Shown here: positions 63,471 to 64,000 of the stretch, one piece after another
Position numbering within the stretch: the first letter of the stretch is position 1
How the letters are laid out: the number at the start of each line of letters is the position of its first letter
Assembly: GCA_046759645.1 (NCBI GenBank)
Contig: JBHICO010000002.1
Location: forward strand, 2,725-66,724
DNA: 64,000 nucleotides
Source of the DNA: Nitrososphaerales archaeon
GTDB lineage: Archaea; Thermoproteota; Nitrososphaeria; Nitrososphaerales; UBA213
Direction of reading: 5' to 3'
The notes under the pieces: model-generated
The model's input: the letters and a program-made list of their open reading frames with translations, nothing else
Databases searched by the model: none
What the model was told of the DNA's origin: nothing
Position numbers and translations under genes: made by a program

Positions 63471-63986
63471 TTATTCTTTCCCTGCACGCAAGATCTCTCT
63501 AGAGCGCCAAATAATGCTACCTGGCTCCAGATCAGCTTCCTGAATGAACTGAACATCAGTAATATTCTTGGTGGTTTTTAAAATATGCAGATTATGTGAT
63601 TCCCCCTTTGGCCGGTAAACAGCCAGTCCAAGGAAAGCTCTGCTCTTATAACTTTCTCTGAATTGTCTATAATGATCAGATAATTTCAGCATCTTTACGA
63701 ATACCCAAGTATTTTCAAGAATACGTGTTTCGCAATACATGACGAATTGATATTTTCCATCAACTTCCAAAAACCTGATCTTTATTTCATCATCGATCCA
63801 CCATCTTAGAACCTCATGCCAGACCTTCGAAGCTTGACTCCTTTTTTTAAATAACAACAAAAGCATAACATAGGGATCCTGAGGTCTGTAGCCTACACCC
63901 AAAAAGTCATGAAACCATATTACACTTTGACTCAAGCACCTCTGCGACAATTGCAATGTATTTATTTCTTGGGTATAGCGTTCCAA
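63471..63986 (-). CDS. Hypothetical protein
   Basis: ORF of 171 aa, Trp/Arg-rich, with no recognised motif. Confidence 0.35.
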   Translation of the reverse strand: MERYTQEINTLQLSQRCLSQSVIWFHDFLGVGYRPQDPYVMLLLLFKKRSQASKVWHEVLRWWIDDEIKIRFLEVDGKYQFVMYCETRILENTWVFVKMLKLSDHYRQFRESYKSRAFLGLAVYRPKGESHNLHILKTTKNITDVQFIQEADLEPGSIIWRSREILRAGKE

Positions 63987-64000
63987 ACCGTTCCTAAGAA

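Noticed and set aside
1-64000. Search for CRISPR arrays, rRNA genes, IS elements, toxin-antitoxin pairs or known defence genes.
   Set aside because: None seen. The only exact repeats are intragenic (propeller gene), and the only RNA gene I could support is tRNA-Cys.

Overview
Densely packed, moderately AT-rich archaeal chromosome segment of about 85 protein genes and one tRNA. There are no rRNA genes, CRISPR arrays, transposases or integrases. The gene content includes topoisomerase VI A/B, RadA, an archaeal histone, Nop5/fibrillarin, aIF1A/aIF2-beta/Rio1/Dim2, L21e/S17e/S30e, RpoF, a TFE-beta/RPC34-like protein, PolX-PHP, PdxS/T, class III PHA synthase and a PEF-type C-terminal sorting signal. 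By inference this points to a thaumarchaeon (Nitrososphaeria), possibly a soil-type lineage because of phaEC; no amo genes are in the window to confirm this. Most of the window is housekeeping: translation, ribosome biogenesis, tRNA/rRNA modification, pyrimidine and purine synthesis. Many same-strand genes are start-stop coupled, many convergent genes overlap at their 3' ends, and TATA-like boxes about 20-30 nt upstream of start codons suggest leaderless mRNAs. The less ordinary parts are listed below.
- A PHA locus in which phaE-phaC is accompanied by an AbrB-type regulator plus phasin-like pair (haloarchaeal style) and uncharacterised partners.
- A MoaD/ThiS-like ubiquitin-fold gene whose product ends GG-MAG, sitting between S17e and Cgi121 and next to THUMP and Sua5.
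- An uncharacterised three-gene operon led by a TrmB-like wHTH gene.
- A 7TM membrane protein coupled to a small wHTH protein.
- uppS, whose conserved N-terminus has no canonical start codon and meets the upstream stop as CTGA.
- Three large secreted repeat proteins, one of them an 8-bladed propeller with 77-nt perfect intragenic DNA repeats and a PEF-CTERM-like anchor.
- Several genes below the 60-aa ORF-track cutoff: S30e, a 28-aa hyper-acidic ORF and a 42-aa Cys-rich ORF.
All calls rest on reading the sequence and remembered family signatures. No database search was run.
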